From: Eledone cirrhosa
Lineage: Eukaryota
Direction of reading: 5' to 3'
DNA: 64,000 nt
Assembly: GCA_964016885.1 (NCBI GenBank)
Contig: OZ024740.1
Location: forward strand, 277,946,001-278,010,000
In this document: in pieces, positions 28,395 through 42,386 of the stretch
How positions within the stretch are numbered: position 1 is the stretch's first letter
How the letters are laid out: the number at the start of each line of letters is the position of its first letter
Position numbers and translations under genes: made by a program
The notes under the pieces: model-generated
What the model saw: the letters and a program-made list of their open reading frames with translations, nothing else
The model's database searches: none
Told to the model about the DNA's origin: nothing

Positions 28395-28447
<53 letters not shown>

Positions 28448-28726
28448 CACACACACATATATACACATGCACACACATACATACATACATACATACACAT
28501 ACACATACATATATATAAAAAAATAAAGAAATAAGATAAATAAAAAATAAATAAAAAAATAAATAAAATAATACACACAGTCAGACAAATATGCACACAC
28601 ATACATATACATATATATATATATATATGCACACACACATATACACACACACATACATATATATACACATACATACACACACACATATATATACATACAT
28701 ATACACACATCAACTACAAATATATA

Positions 28727-28759
<33 letters not shown>

Positions 28760-28802
28760 TACATATTTTCATATATATATATATATATATATTATAATAA
28801 TA

Positions 28803-28837
<35 letters not shown>

Positions 28838-29190
28838 TACATATATATACACACACACTCACATATATATGCGCACATACGTACACATATACACATACAC
28901 ACATATACACATAGACATATACATGTGCATACATGTACATACACACATATACCCACATAGATACAAAGATACACATATATATAGAGAGACATACATATAC
29001 ACACACATATATACACACACATATATACACACATATATATACATACACATATATATATATATATATATACATATATATACACACAATCATACACCCTTAT
29101 TTGCATGCGCATATATGTATTTTTATAATTTACAAATAAACACCCAAACATATATACCTACCTACATATACATACATACATACACGCTTA
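27055..29190. repeat. Long compound (TA)n/(CA)n/(TACA)n microsatellite; similar tracts at 37910-38560 and 57665-58305
   Basis: Low-complexity tract seen directly; it explains the Y/I/C/V/H/T-rich ORFs. Confidence 0.95.
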
Positions 29191-29906
29191 CAAATACAAA
29201 TAATAATAGTAGGGGGGGAGGGGGGGGGGGGAGAAGGGGATATAGTAAATATGGGTGTATGATTGTGTGTATATATATGTATATATATATATCTTTCCCC
29301 TCTACAAATTTAAAGATAATGCCACCCACACCCAGCGCATCAGCAAGGAATCTCACCTTATTAATAAATACGGACCCCGTCTAAACACTTCGCCCTAAGA
29401 CGAACCCACAACATACACACGTCAACATACATACCTACATCAGCATACATCCTACATACATCTCTATCTACATATAAACACAATGACATACGTAAACACA
29501 CATGTTCTATGGTGCAACACAAATATACACAAATTTGCATACCTTTTGATGTCTATAGGTATAAACGTGCCGACACACACACATACATATACGCACACAT
29601 GCATTGCACACTGATAGGCACATACATATTTGTACACCAGTATTCCAATACGGCAGGGCCTAATGGATTCCCCTTGCAGTACGTACAATCTGGACACTCA
29701 CACACACCTTGGTGTTATGACAATACTATATATCATTTCACACCTTTTATTATTAAGGTTTTTGATGTTCTATTGAGAGAATCGTTTTTACTGAAAATAT
29801 CGAATAATGTACACCATTTTTACCAGTATCACAAAAATACTGGTCCACCCACACATACACACATATATACACACACACACACACGCGTACACTAACATAC
29901 AAAGAG

Positions 29907-29938
<32 letters not shown>

Positions 29939-30046
29939 CTGCGTATAAGACAAGAGCTAAAAAATATATTTTAACATGTTAAAATATCCCCCACACACGT
30001 ACAGACACATTCCTACTGACCGATCCCTCTACCACGAATTACGCTG

Positions 30047-30114
<68 letters not shown>

Positions 30115-30648
30115 ACACACACACACTTGTCTTAATAGGCACCTGAACTGTTGATCTCTCAACATGACTACAATTCACACACACATCCCTACTGACCATT
30201 ATCACAACAATGAACCTCTTTATTACTACTACACACACACACATTTGTCTTAAAAGACTTATTTTTCAGTGACTTCTCAATCAGCCGAGACAAACCTACA
30301 TTTGGCGCAAAATCAATTTTTAACATTCCCATGACCTCTACCGACCAATCAAAATTGTTTTGACCACAAGAATTTTTGCAACACGAATTGGCGCAAAACT
30401 TATTTTAATACCTCAGGAGCCACTTTTTTCACATAAAACAGGTAGAATTTCGAAAACTAATCAGATTAGAGCAAACATCATGGACGCTCTATCTCAAAAT
30501 TATTTTTGAAAAGCATTAGAAATGCGCAACCGGTAAAAACTTAAAACCAAAACTGAATACTAACCAATACTTATTACTAATTTTTAATTATTCCTAATTA
30601 AACTATTTTTCACTGGGAACAATTTGTCTGCATTTTATTTTCCTTTTC

Positions 30649-30721
<73 letters not shown>

Positions 30722-30879
30722 ATACTTTGGGAGGGTCATGTTGCCAATAAGAAACACACGCACCAGTTGCTTTCACTTCGATTTATTATATATTTATAAA
30801 TTTATAAATTTACAAATCTACAAACTTATAAATTTCTGGTTGGTTGGTTGGTTCCACAACCAGATAGTTGTTTATATAT

Positions 30880-30924
30880 AGTCATAGTCCTTTCGTCACA
30901 CACTCTGTGACCTCTTCAGTGACT
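30880..30924 (-). ncRNA. Minimal type I hammerhead
   Basis: agtca-CTGAAGA-g-gtcaca gagtg tgtgac-GAAA-GGAC-TA-tgact. Stem I is 5 bp and stem II is 6 bp. Confidence 0.8.
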
Positions 30925-31329
30925 GGGGATTCCTTTCTTTGTTTCTGTGCCTTTCCTTTCTTCTGTCCTACGCCATTTTGTTTCTGTGTGTGTGGTGTGT
31001 GCTTAGTTTGCGCATGCGCCACATCCGGGTGTCTGTGTGTATTTGTGTTCATTTATCTATTTGTTTATTTATTTACATGTTGTTGGTTGGTTGTTTGTTC
31101 TATGTGTGTGTGTGTGTTTTCATTTTGTCCTTAATTGTAAGTTGTGATGTTGCTGTTCCACTCATATTTTCTATTTAATTTTGGTTGTAATTCTTTTATG
31201 CTTACTGCCTCTGTAATTTGCCTAAACATTGCATCTTTTCTGTGTGTGGATTCTATTTTTATTTCTATGTTCTCTAATTTACCCTTGTGTTCTATCTTAG
31301 CATGTTGGTAGAGTACAGATGATTCTTAC

Positions 31330-31790
31330 AGATGATCCTATATATAGAGAGGAGAGAATACATGAAAAGAACATGCTTTTTCATTACAGGGTATTTTTAC
31401 CACCGGAGTGAAAGACATATAAACTGTGAAAGGTACGAGAAAAACATTATAATCAAACAGATTAATAAATTTAAAAGAGTACCTCTCTAACTATTACACT
31501 TGTACAGTCCATGGTAGGATTGTTTAGCTAATTCGCAACAAAGGTCACATCTTCCATAGTTCATCAGCAGCTGTTTCAAAATATGTGTCTTGCGCGTCTA
31601 ATATGAAGTTAGAAACTAGTCTTCAGCACGTGGAGAGAGAAATACGTGCTTATTTCTGGTGGTCTGAATGGGGGAATAATCTGTTTGATTATAATGTTTT
31701 TCTCGTACCTTACAATCTGGTGGTAAAAATACCCTGTAATGAAAAAGCATGTTCTATTCATGTATTCTCTCCTATATATTTTGCAGAGCC
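31330..31790. repeat. Inverted repeat pair
   Basis: 31350-31462 is the reverse complement of 31678-31775. Confidence 0.75.
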
Positions 31791-32371
31791 CAGAAAAATT
31801 ACCTGAACCCTATACGCCCCCCACATACAATACTTTGCATGTTGCACCATCACAAGCATACTCACCTACAATGTCACAAACACCTTCCCTACCTCCATTT
31901 ATATATGTTACAACGACTCGTAGTGGTTGTAGAATGCACTGGCCTCACAAACTGACTAGAACAATTTATATATGAACTTTGATATTGTTCAAACTTTTAA
32001 CTCTTCTGAAAATAATTACTTTTGCTTGCTTGATTATGTTACGTTTTATTTTGCTCTTTGAATGCATTTTGCTCGGTAAATCCGATTTTCTCATGTCATT
32101 TTGCGATGTTGCATATTTTATACAGCTCATATAATATGAGAAGAGTGGCAGCCGCCATATTCCTGCCTTGGCTTATATATTGATATCGATCTTCGATCTA
32201 AACGGAGGGTAATGTAGTAAGCAGTAAATTTCCCCTTGAATTCTTGGAAACTGGCTGCTATTGTACTAACTGATCTTACCGAGAAACTGGCCAATCGCGA
32301 GCCAGTTCAACTTATCAGTCAATGACTAATGTATTAAGTCATAACTCTGATCTCTACAGTTCCATAGATAT

Positions 32372-35275
32372 GTTTCTTTATTAGCCACAGGGGCACAAAA
32401 GAAGGTGACAAATACAAAGGGGGAAGTTTACATACAATAAAAACGTGTAAAATACTATCACAAATGCAATTTAAAAATTAATCGATTTTCCCCAATAGGG
32501 GGAGACATTTCATATGGGTAACACATGCCCCCGAAAAAATGTGCAACCCTCATCTCCAGGAGTACGAAGAGTTTGTACCCTTTGCTCTCTTCCTCTTTTT
32601 CCTCAACCTACAGGCTGATATAGAGAGAAGGGCCATTCACTCGGGCCATTTTCGCCACTTTCACACACGTCATAAAACTTGTTGGGGTACAGCACCTCTC
32701 TCTCCATCCTGATTCTCCTTCCAAAGTGGTATTTGAAAAAAAGAATCAGTTGTTGGCCGGAGAGAAAGGTGTCTGACCTCAGCCCTTTTAACCTCATCCA
32801 CCATACAACCTCTTTCGCCATAGCTATCACACAAAGGAAAACCGCCTCTCTTTCCTTTTTGAAGGAGGGTGGCCGTTTGATCATGACAATGGACTCGGTA
32901 GTCAACCGGATTGGTCCCACCCGCGACAATAGTCGTTCTACATAGCCCCACAGGTCGGTAACGCCCGGACAGTGTATAAATGCGTGCGTGACGGTTTCTT
33001 CGTCTCGCATGCATCTCGGACAGATCTTTTTCGAATGATCCCTGCCCGGGCGCCCATGTCTGTAGAGCTTGTCTCGAACTGGTAGAGCTCCTCGGTAGCA
33101 CTGCCAAGCCAGGGACTTTTAGAAGTTGTCCATCGGTCCCGGGCGGAAGGTCCTACCGAACAGACTGGCCAGTTTGTCTTCCTCTACGCCTGGAGTTTCT
33201 CCGAGCGCGTCGTCGCACTTGCTGCCAGAGGGCTGTGAGCGCCTGAGCACATTCGATGTGCCAGTCGGTCTTTGCTTGACCCAGGACTGCAGCTGGGTCA
33301 GCGAGACGAGTCGTGGGAAGTCTCGCCTCACGAACGGGGCCCACACCGGTTGTCCGGTGAGAAATACATAGAGATGCCGTAGGCTGAGCGCGTGTTTGCG
33401 CATCGTCAGCCACGGCAGCCCCAGCCCTCAGTTGGAAGGGTGTTGGCAGCAGATGGATCTTCTCACCAAAGGAGCCCGCTTCTTCCAAAGGAATTGGAAG
33501 AGCGGGCGCGCCATTTTGGTGGACGTTTTGGATGGACAAGGCACGACGGTCAAGCGGTAGTAGATGACGGATTCTATAAAAGTGTTCGCCATCTCCGCTC
33601 GACCATTCAAGGAGAATTTGCACTCGGCCCACTTCTGGGTGAGCGCAAACATCTTGGCCGTCACCTCGTTGCAGTTCTTCTCCACCTGGAGGTCCGGACC
33701 AAAACAGACCCCGAGCAGCTCCACCGGTCCTTCCGTCCAGTGTCCGACGACGCCATCGGAAGGGATCGGTTTGCCTCTCGACGATTCGAGCTGCAAACCG
33801 ACTGACTTGTCCCGGTTCAGCTTCGCTCCTGAGAACCTTTCGTATTCCTTCAGTAAGGTGCTGACTTCCTCGATTATGAGGTGCTCGACACCATTGCTCT
33901 GAAGACGTCGGCGTAGGCCGACGCCGCTTTCCGCAGTCCCGGTTCTAGAGGGATGCCCTACAATAGCTCCAACTTCCGCAGTAGTGGCTCGAGAGTCAGT
34001 ACGTACAGAAGGGAAGAGAGAGGGCATCCCTGTCGGATGGATCGCGTGATATGGAACGGCTCCGAGAGGTAGGCGTTCACCTTGACCCTTGAGCAGATGT
34101 TGCTATTATGCATTGCAGCAATCCTGCCCCTGAACACGGGTCCGAAGCCTGCCGTCTCGAGCACCACATCTAGGTAACGTGGGTCAACCCTATCGAAAGC
34201 CTTAGACTGATCCAAATTGATCAGGGCCCCACCGAAGCCGGGTTTACACCCTACCCTCTCTATGATGTATCGCATGAGGTGGAGGTTGTCGTGTATGGAC
34301 CTGGTCGGGATTGCGTATCTCTGCGCTTCTCCCAGCAGATTTTCGACGACAAGCGCCAGCCACTTTGCCAACACCTTGGCCAAAATCTGTAACTCTGTGT
34401 TTAGCAGAGTTATCATCCCCCTTATTCTAGTTCTTCCTGACTAGTGTGACTACGACCCTGGTCACAGAACTGGGAATTCTCCCGTTCTGCTGCCAGTTGG
34501 AGTAGACCGCTTCCAGGAGACCGGAGAACAAGTCCGGCATTGCTACGTAAAATTCGTAGGATAGACTGTCGAGACCTGGAGATTTGCGTTTGCCGCATTG
34601 GCTCAGCGCGTCCTCTATCTCAGCGGCTAAAATCGGCTTTTCTCAGAACTTCGCCTCGCTGTCCGAGAGTCGCGGTAGGCCGTCGAGGTATGGACCGAAA
34701 TCCATAGCCCCTCCCGGCGCGCCGCCCTTCCCGAACAGCTGACAACGTGCCGCTAAAAGGCTGCGCACATCTGCTTCGGCTCACGTATCACGCGTCCGTC
34801 TTGGTCCTTCAAAGACCGAATCGTGGATTTGTTGCCACTATTCGCCTCCGTCACTCGGGCGCAGCTAACAGCTTTGGCTCCCTCGTTACCCAGAGCACGT
34901 ATTTTGCTTCTGACAACGCAGCCCTCGTGCCTTGCGTCGAAGAACTGGTCCAAGGCCGTTCTCGTTGCTAGCACGCTGGCTACGTTGTCACTTCTAATTG
35001 CCTCTTCTACTTTAGCTACCAGTTCCTTCTCGGTCCTATTTCTATCTAACGCTAATTCTTTACCAAAAACTAACGAGTCTAATCTAACTGCCCTCTTGAG
35101 AGAGTACCACCTTCTGTTGTTGACAATGGCCCTGTCAAGTGCTGTTTAACTAAAATGCTAATCCGTCTACTATAGTCTTTGCATGTCGGTAACGACAAGT
35201 TCAGCTTCCAGTAGCCGGCTCCTTGTCTATGGGGTCTATCAAGGTTGACCATGCAGGTCACTAGTTTGTGATCTA
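32372..35275 (-). mobile_element. Tx1/L1-clade LINE ORF2 remnant, 5'-truncated, degenerate
   Basis: DHKLV..GAGYWKLN (end of APE), ITLLNTELQILAK, LDQSKAFDRVD, IRQGCPLS, SAYADV, CPRC..DEETVTHAFIHC. The 3' end reads ..GCTAATAAAGAAAC. Multiple frameshifts. Confidence 0.9.
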
Positions 35276-35791
35276 CAGATAGTTCTCAAATGAGAGCACG
35301 TTAAATTCTGTTGTCCTCACCAATTCGACTTGGGTTCGACTATAACCCAACACATATCTATGTTTATCTTGGTCCGGAAAATATGACGTCTAAAAACTCT
35401 CGACAATTTACCAAGGTAATCTAGTATTATATGCATACACTTTGTAATCTTTGCCACACAAATAAGTATTTCTTTGATGACATCTGCAAACACACTTGGA
35501 GAATACGTTCACACAAATAAATATGAAAGAATGGTATTTAACTAATGTAATCGTACGCGATGGGGCCCACCCACAGCTCCGGCGGACAGAATGGAGAAGG
35601 CGTTTCCCCGGAAACGTTATAGATTTAGGTTGTCTTTTGCTCTTTATGATGTTGTGTGTTTGGAGGATATTGTTCATTCTGGGGTCTCTTTTTAGAAAAG
35701 AAATGTTCTGGAGGATGGTGTCGAATGCCTCATTGCTGAGGGGGTTGTGTGTGGAGATGTATGGTATATATGTATATAAATATACATATAT

Positions 35792-35840
<49 letters not shown>

Positions 35841-36259
35841 AATATACATGTGTGTGTATAAGTTTCTGTGTTTGTGTGTAAAGAGAGAGAGGGTATGTGA
35901 GATACATTGTATTGTATTACCCAAAAAAAAATTCTTCAAGGTGATGAGAATAATTAAATTATATTTATACACCACAGGGCATCAGATGAATATGTATATA
36001 TATCTAAGCTTTGCAAACTTTTCACATTCTAATGATAACATTTTTCATAATACATTTTTTACGTTTTGTTAGCAACACAAAATTAACAACGCCAATAAAT
36101 GAAAAGAAAATTCAATATTTCGTTATTCTTTACGTGTCACGCGTCTAACTGTACTTAGTGTTATCAGCCAAATATTCATAAATATTGATCAAATTGGAAT
36201 TCATTTCGTGACATAATGTTTAGAAAATTCTGGTATAATGCCAGAAACACACACACACA

Positions 36260-36600
36260 TACGGGTTGTCACATGAGGGTCGGTCCCCGGTGGTTCTCCG
36301 CGCTCCGATAGACGGTCAATCTGTCGCCGCGGTTGACGGTCAATGCTCGCCATCTTCACCGCGTTAGTTTTAACCATGTAGTCGGCCATGTAGTCGCCGT
36401 GTGGCGGTTGAAGATGTTGTGGTACTTGTTCGTCGGCGGAAAGCACTCGTCCAACGCTCGGAAAAAAAGTTCTGGCACGTTGGTGCGTACATGTTTGGAT
36501 TTAGGCGCATTAAATCATGTAACGGCCTTAGATCTGTTTCTTCGCGTAACCCTGATGCCCACAGCGGGCCCATAGATAGAAACAACACAAGAGATGTAAT
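36260..36600 (-). pseudogene. Naiad-type PLE linker fragment
   Basis: VT*FNAPKSKHVRTNVPELFFRALDECFPPTNKYHNIFNRHT is homologous to LWFAPPFS...LDKCFPTTHRYYSIFNRHT in the 9160-12330 element. Confidence 0.75.
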
Positions 36601-36694
36601 TGTGGCTGGGCAGAGCGCGAGACAGATATCGGGTCCAGGACACACCAGCACGACTCCACGCACGCATAGCTACCATAGCTACCATTTTACACAC

Positions 36695-36778
<84 letters not shown>

Positions 36779-36810
36779 GGTGAATGAACCCGGGGTACAC
36801 ATCTCTCTCG

Positions 36811-36848
<38 letters not shown>

Positions 36849-36865
36849 ATATGTATATATATATA

Positions 36866-36930
<65 letters not shown>

Positions 36931-37585
36931 GTAGTTATATATATATTATATACATATGTATGTATTATGCTGATGGCTACTTGTCTGCATATTGAAGGAC
37001 GAAACATAGCTGTAGCTCCTCAGTCTAGTCAATACAGTGTATTCTCTCAACTCATTGATTCCGCGTGTCAGAGTAAATATCTACTTTATATACGACAGGC
37101 TTTATATTAGATCATCTAACATCCATTAAGCCTTCATTTGAGATTAACATCCAGGGTTTCCGTATGAGTTGACTTAAAATCTTATGATAGATTTCATATT
37201 ATGTGTAGCTGATCTATCTTCATGCTTAAGAACAAAGGGATGAATCATATAGGTTTTCTGGGTCTATTCTTAGATTCATTGAGTAGAAGGATGTGTAAAG
37301 GAAATAGTTCCTTTAAAGGCACTTTAGATTAGGGTCTTGTGGCATTAGTCACAGCTTTTTCGAATATACTTGTTATCGAATTTCAACGAACCGCCATATT
37401 GGACATTACACATGAATACACACATATTTACATATATATATATATACATATACTTGTGTATAATGGTAGCTATGGTGCTTCCATAGGCGGTATGCCAAAA
37501 TTAGCACTCAATATTCATAGAGAGTAGAGTTTGGATAGTATTAAAAAAACGAAAAATAGGTGATGCATCTGGACTCAGTTTATTG

Positions 37586-37676
37586 CGTGTGACAATTGTT
37601 TCGCCGGCAGGTTGCTCGAGAACTGATCACTGCATGGATCTGGCTGTTTCTACGTCTTCAGGATCCTTCGGACACG
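37586..37676 (-). ncRNA. Degenerate hammerhead candidate (CCGAAGG core)
   Basis: cgtgt-CCGAAGG-...-GAAA-CAATTG-TC-acacg. Stem I is a perfect 5 bp and stem III is palindromic, but the core and stem II are imperfect. Confidence 0.4.
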
Positions 37677-38564
37677 GGTAGTTCGTTCGGAGAAAATTTT
37701 CTCACTGGGGTGTTATCGTCAAAAAACACTCTCAAAAAACATCTTCCACTCTTGTCATGCCATTGGCTGCGGTTATTCCACGTCATCTTAAGTTCTGGTC
37801 ACTATTTACTGCTACATGGGTCATCAGCCATTTTCCGTCCGACATACTTCAATGGAGTCATGGTGGGTTCGGTATCTCACACGTCTGTTCACACTCCAGA
37901 GTATGTACCCACACATACACACACACACATATACACACACACACGGGCAGGCACAGACACATGCGTGCATACACATATGTACGCATACATGTGTAGACAC
38001 ACATACCCCATGCACATATATACACGCGCACACTCTCCCTCTCTTCCACAAACCCAGGCACGCCCACTTCTAGAGACCGACCGCCACAACCTACTAGCGC
38101 CAGCCCAAACCGCGTCATACATCCGGTCCCACACGTACGCAAACGCGCAGACACACACGTCTATATACACACACGTTTATATACACCCGTATACAAACAC
38201 ATAGACAAACCCTGTCCTATGTGGGTGTACGTACACGCCCACACACATACACCCCTCACTGACAGATACTCACACCATATATATATTTTTTTTTATCTAT
38301 GTGTGTGTGTACATATACACACACACATATACACACGCATGCAGACACACACGTATACACATATACATATGTGTATACGCACACATACATACACATACAC
38401 ATGTATACACGCACATACACATAGAAACTTATACGCACATATATCCATATGTGTACACACACCCACGCAAACATACACATATACATACACATACGCGCGC
38501 ATACTTACCTACGCACAACCTTATATACATATATATATATATACATATATATATAAATAGAAAA

Positions 38565-39315
38565 GAATGAAACGAAATTTCATTTCTCACTCTTCGTACG
38601 GCTGGTACTTAAATGTAAGTATGTATGTATACGTACATACATATATGTATACATACGTACAGTAGTATGTATACATATGCACACATATATATATGTACAT
38701 GTATACATATACATGCACACATATATATATATATGTACGTATGGGTTTACCGAACATTTATTATAATTCTCGGCTTGTTTGTAAACAAACAGCCCGAACC
38801 ACATACATATATGTATGTACGTATACATACTTACATTTAAGTACCAGCCGTACTAAGAGTGAGAAATGAAATTTCGTTTCATTCTTTTCCACTTATCGTT
38901 TTCTGTGCCCCGGCCGACTAACTCACTCGATATGCAAATTAGCCTGCTCAGCCGTTAATATGCATAAGGAAAGTATATACTTTCAGACGTTCAACCATCT
39001 GACAGAAAGGTATACGATGCTGACGATAGCTAATAGGCTTGAAACTAATACATCGTTCCTGTATCAGTGTTGAACAAAAAGGTAACGATGTTTGCCTGAA
39101 CACTGTACGGCGTGGTTCGGGCTGTTTGTTTACAAACAAGCCGAGCATTATAATAAATGTTCGGTAAACCCATACGTACATATATATATGTGTGCATGTA
39201 TGTATATATATACATACTACTGTACGTCTGTATACATATATATGTGCATGTATGTATATATATACTACTGTACGTCTGTATACATATATGTATGTACGTA
39301 TACATACATACTTAC

Positions 39316-39320
<5 letters not shown>
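38565..39320. mobile_element. Fold-back pLTR-like family; second copy at 62995-63920
   Basis: Direct and inverted copies of catttc.cactctt.gtacggctg.tacttaaat and ttgtttgtaaacaaaca. Carries hammerheads. Confidence 0.85.
39014..39056 (+). ncRNA. Minimal type I hammerhead
   Basis: acgatg-CTGACGA-tagc taatag gctt-GAAA-CTAA-TA-catcgt. Confidence 0.7.
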
Positions 39321-39346
<26 letters not shown>

Positions 39347-39439
39347 CATACAAAGTATATATATATATATATGATATATGGTATACATACATATATATAT
39401 ATGATATATGGTATATATATATTATATATATATATATAA

Positions 39440-40115
39440 TAGAAAATTTCGCTCTAGATGGCTGAATACAATAAATGTTATCTGAGTTTTTCGAATATCA
39501 ATAATAACATTCGATTCGTTTGCAATTTTGTAAACAAGCCTCAATTTTATAGCCATGTCAGTAGAATGAACACTTCATTCTTGCTCTTGTGTCGGCATGC
39601 AAACAGAACTGCAGACACTAATGTTTCTGGGTATCACCCTTCATCAGTACAGCTCACTGTTTATCTGCCAAACTATCAGAGCAAATGAAAATATATGCGA
39701 TTTTCAAAATTACACAGTGACTCATCAGCCTGATTTGCATATTAGCAGACTGGCTGATCAGTCAGATCTGCATATTAGCAGATCCACTGATCAGCCAGAT
39801 TTGTATATCAGCAGACTGGCCAGTCAGTTTCCTGTATACGAGCGATAAATGGCCGGCTTTGCCAAATTCAAATAAAAAAAGAAAATTTGGCTCTATATGG
39901 CTAAATTCAATAAATGTGATCTGAATTTTTCGAATATAACATTCGATTCGTTTGCAATTTTTCACTAGCTCTGGCAGTTTGGCAGGTGAACAGTGAGCTG
40001 TACTGATGAAGGGTGATACGCAGAAACATTAGTGTCTGCAGTTCTGTTCGCATGCTAACACAAGAGCAAGAATGAAGTGTTCATTTTACTGACATGGCTA
40101 TAAAATTGAGACTTG
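39440..40115. mobile_element. Fold-back element with two inverted hammerheads and an internal ~33-bp x3 repeat
   Basis: 39535-39665 is the reverse complement of 39985-40115. 39465-39530 recurs at 39900-39962. atcag.c.gat.tg.atat.agcaga occurs three times at 39725-39825. Confidence 0.8.
39606..39655 (-). ncRNA. Type I hammerhead, canonical, GUC site; inverted copy at 39995-40044 (+)
   Basis: gagctgta-CTGATGA-a gggt gat accc a-GAA-ACA ttag TGT-C-tgcagttc. Confidence 0.85.
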
Positions 40116-40159
40116 GACAGCACCAGAGGGCTATATACCCGGTGTTTTGCATAGCTACT

Positions 40160-41520
40160 GCTTTCTAAATGACGTAACAAGCTTATATACTAACATGCCA
40201 CACGACTTAGGAATTGAAGCTGTTGACTTCTGGATTACAAAACACCCAGACTACATTTCAGAGAGATTCCCCAAAAGATTTATTTTGGAAGGACTCAAAT
40301 TAGTATTGGAGAACAACCACTGATAGCGAACTGTATTTGCAAATAAAACGAACGGCCATGGGCACCAGAGGTGCCTCAACATATGCAACACTCGTTATGG
40401 GTCACCTAGAGGCAAAATTACATTCCAAACTGCAGGAAACATTCAGTCAAGTTGTCGCCACCTACATTAATCACAACTGGAAACGCTACCTAGATGACTG
40501 CTTCATATTCTGGAATAGAAGCCAAGAAGACCTGCAAAGATTCCACTCCATCATAAAAATCTTCACGAAGAAATAAAATTTACCATGGATTGTAATAAAA
40601 AGGAATTACCGTTTCTGGATATACTTATCATTAAAGAAGGGGAAAATATCAAAACGGACTTATTTTACATACACACACCAATACTTGAATTTCCGATCAG
40701 CACACCCCTCACATAGCAAAAGGAGCATTCCTTTTAACATGGCAAGACGCATCTGCACCATATTAACACACCCTACATTACAGAAAAAAAAGATTATGTG
40801 AACTAAAAGAGTTCCTTAAAAGACAAGAATATCCGGTGAACTTCATCAAAACGGCCATCTCCAAAGCCCATCCCAGTTACAACATTGAGAATAACAAAGC
40901 AACAAAATAAAATGGAAAAAACAGTTATCCCTTTTGACATCATTCACAATCCAAAAGAACTTCAACATTGTGAAAACGGCCAAACAATATCTCCCGATCT
41001 CCAGCAGTCCCATAAAATGAATGCACTTTTAAAAGACGCAAAATTTATATATAGTAGACGCCAAGCACCCAAACTAAAGAAACTGCTTACCAATGCAAAA
41101 TGTACGTCTAATAATGAAGCAATGCAAGTTAAGAAATGCGGGGACCCTCGATGCGGAACTTGCGAACACATTGAAGAGGGTTGACAAATATCCTTTAAAA
41201 ACAACCATTTTTTCACAGTTAATGCAAACATGAATTGCTAAGCCAAAAACTTGATTTACTGTGCAACCTGCCCACAATGTAAAGAATAGTACATTGGCGA
41301 AACCGGAACGGGTCTACATGACAGAGTTCGAGTACATAAACAACAAATTAGAGACCCCTCTGTCAGAAACACCACATGCAGTGAACACTTCGCAACATGC
41401 GGAAAGGGAAAATTCACAATTTTCCCCTTTAAGATATGGTCGGACAACGAACATTTCCGAAAATATAAAGAAGAATTCTTTATTAGTAAGTACAAACAAC
41501 TACTGAACACAAAAATGTGA
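40160..41520 (+). pseudogene. Neptune-type PLE RT-GIY-YIG remnant
   Basis: DVTSLYTNMP, TAMGT, RYLDDCF, LPFLD, HP..KRSIPF, KCGDPRCGTC zinc knuckle, NLIYC.TCPQC..YIGET...RVRVHKQQI. Stops and frameshifts. Confidence 0.9.
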
Positions 41521-41815
41521 TATTCCATCTTCAACTAACGAGATTCTCCCCCTCTCTCGTTTCTTTAAAAAATCTCATATTGAAAAAGAAAAATAGAAGT
41601 TGATGACACCCGTACTTTCAAACATTCGATCGTTGAAGAGAAGAAAGACCCTCAGAGGTAAAATAAGATTTCATTAATTTCCATTCCCCACACCAATGTA
41701 TGTATATGTGAACTTAAATACTTGAGTAGATGTGTGTACATATATGTGTGTACATCTGTATGTGTATGTGTGCATGTGTGTGTATATATGAATATATGTG
41801 TATGTATGTACGTGC

Positions 41816-41859
<44 letters not shown>

Positions 41860-42059
41860 GCACGCACGTATATTAATTTATCTTGACTGTTTTCCTATGA
41901 TTTTTATCGAAAATTTTTGAATGCATCTTCTCCTTCCATGATATTTGGATTACATTGAGTTCTTCATACGGATTGGACACTACTCTATATTTTGGTACAT
42001 TTATCTACATATATATATATATGTTTATAGTTGTTTATACTATATACATAACTATAAAT

Positions 42060-42100
<41 letters not shown>

Positions 42101-42284
42101 GGGCGGTGGGTTGGTAGTATCGGTAGAGTGACGGACGCCATGCTTTCCAGCATAGTTACGTCCCTTTACAATCTGAGTTCAAATCCCGTCGAAGTTGACT
42201 TTGCCTTTCATCCTTACGGGATCGATACAATAAAGTACCAGTAATGCACTGGGTAATTGCTGGCCTTGTGCCTAAAGTAGAAAC
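42101..42284 (+). mobile_element. tRNA-derived SINE in (ATT)n
   Basis: Full-length family copy with B box GAGTTCAAATCC. Confidence 0.88.
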
Positions 42285-42386
42285 AATTATTATTATTATT
42301 ATTGTTGTTATTCCTTGAATCTCAGTCATTGATGTTGGTTAACTGGAAAGTCTGTTGGATTGAATATCAAGCCACTACCTGCAGCC

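Noticed and set aside
27002-29384. Long Y/I/C/V/M/H/T-rich ORFs here and throughout the window
   Set aside because: They are translations of (TA)n/(CA)n microsatellites that lack stop codons, not genes.
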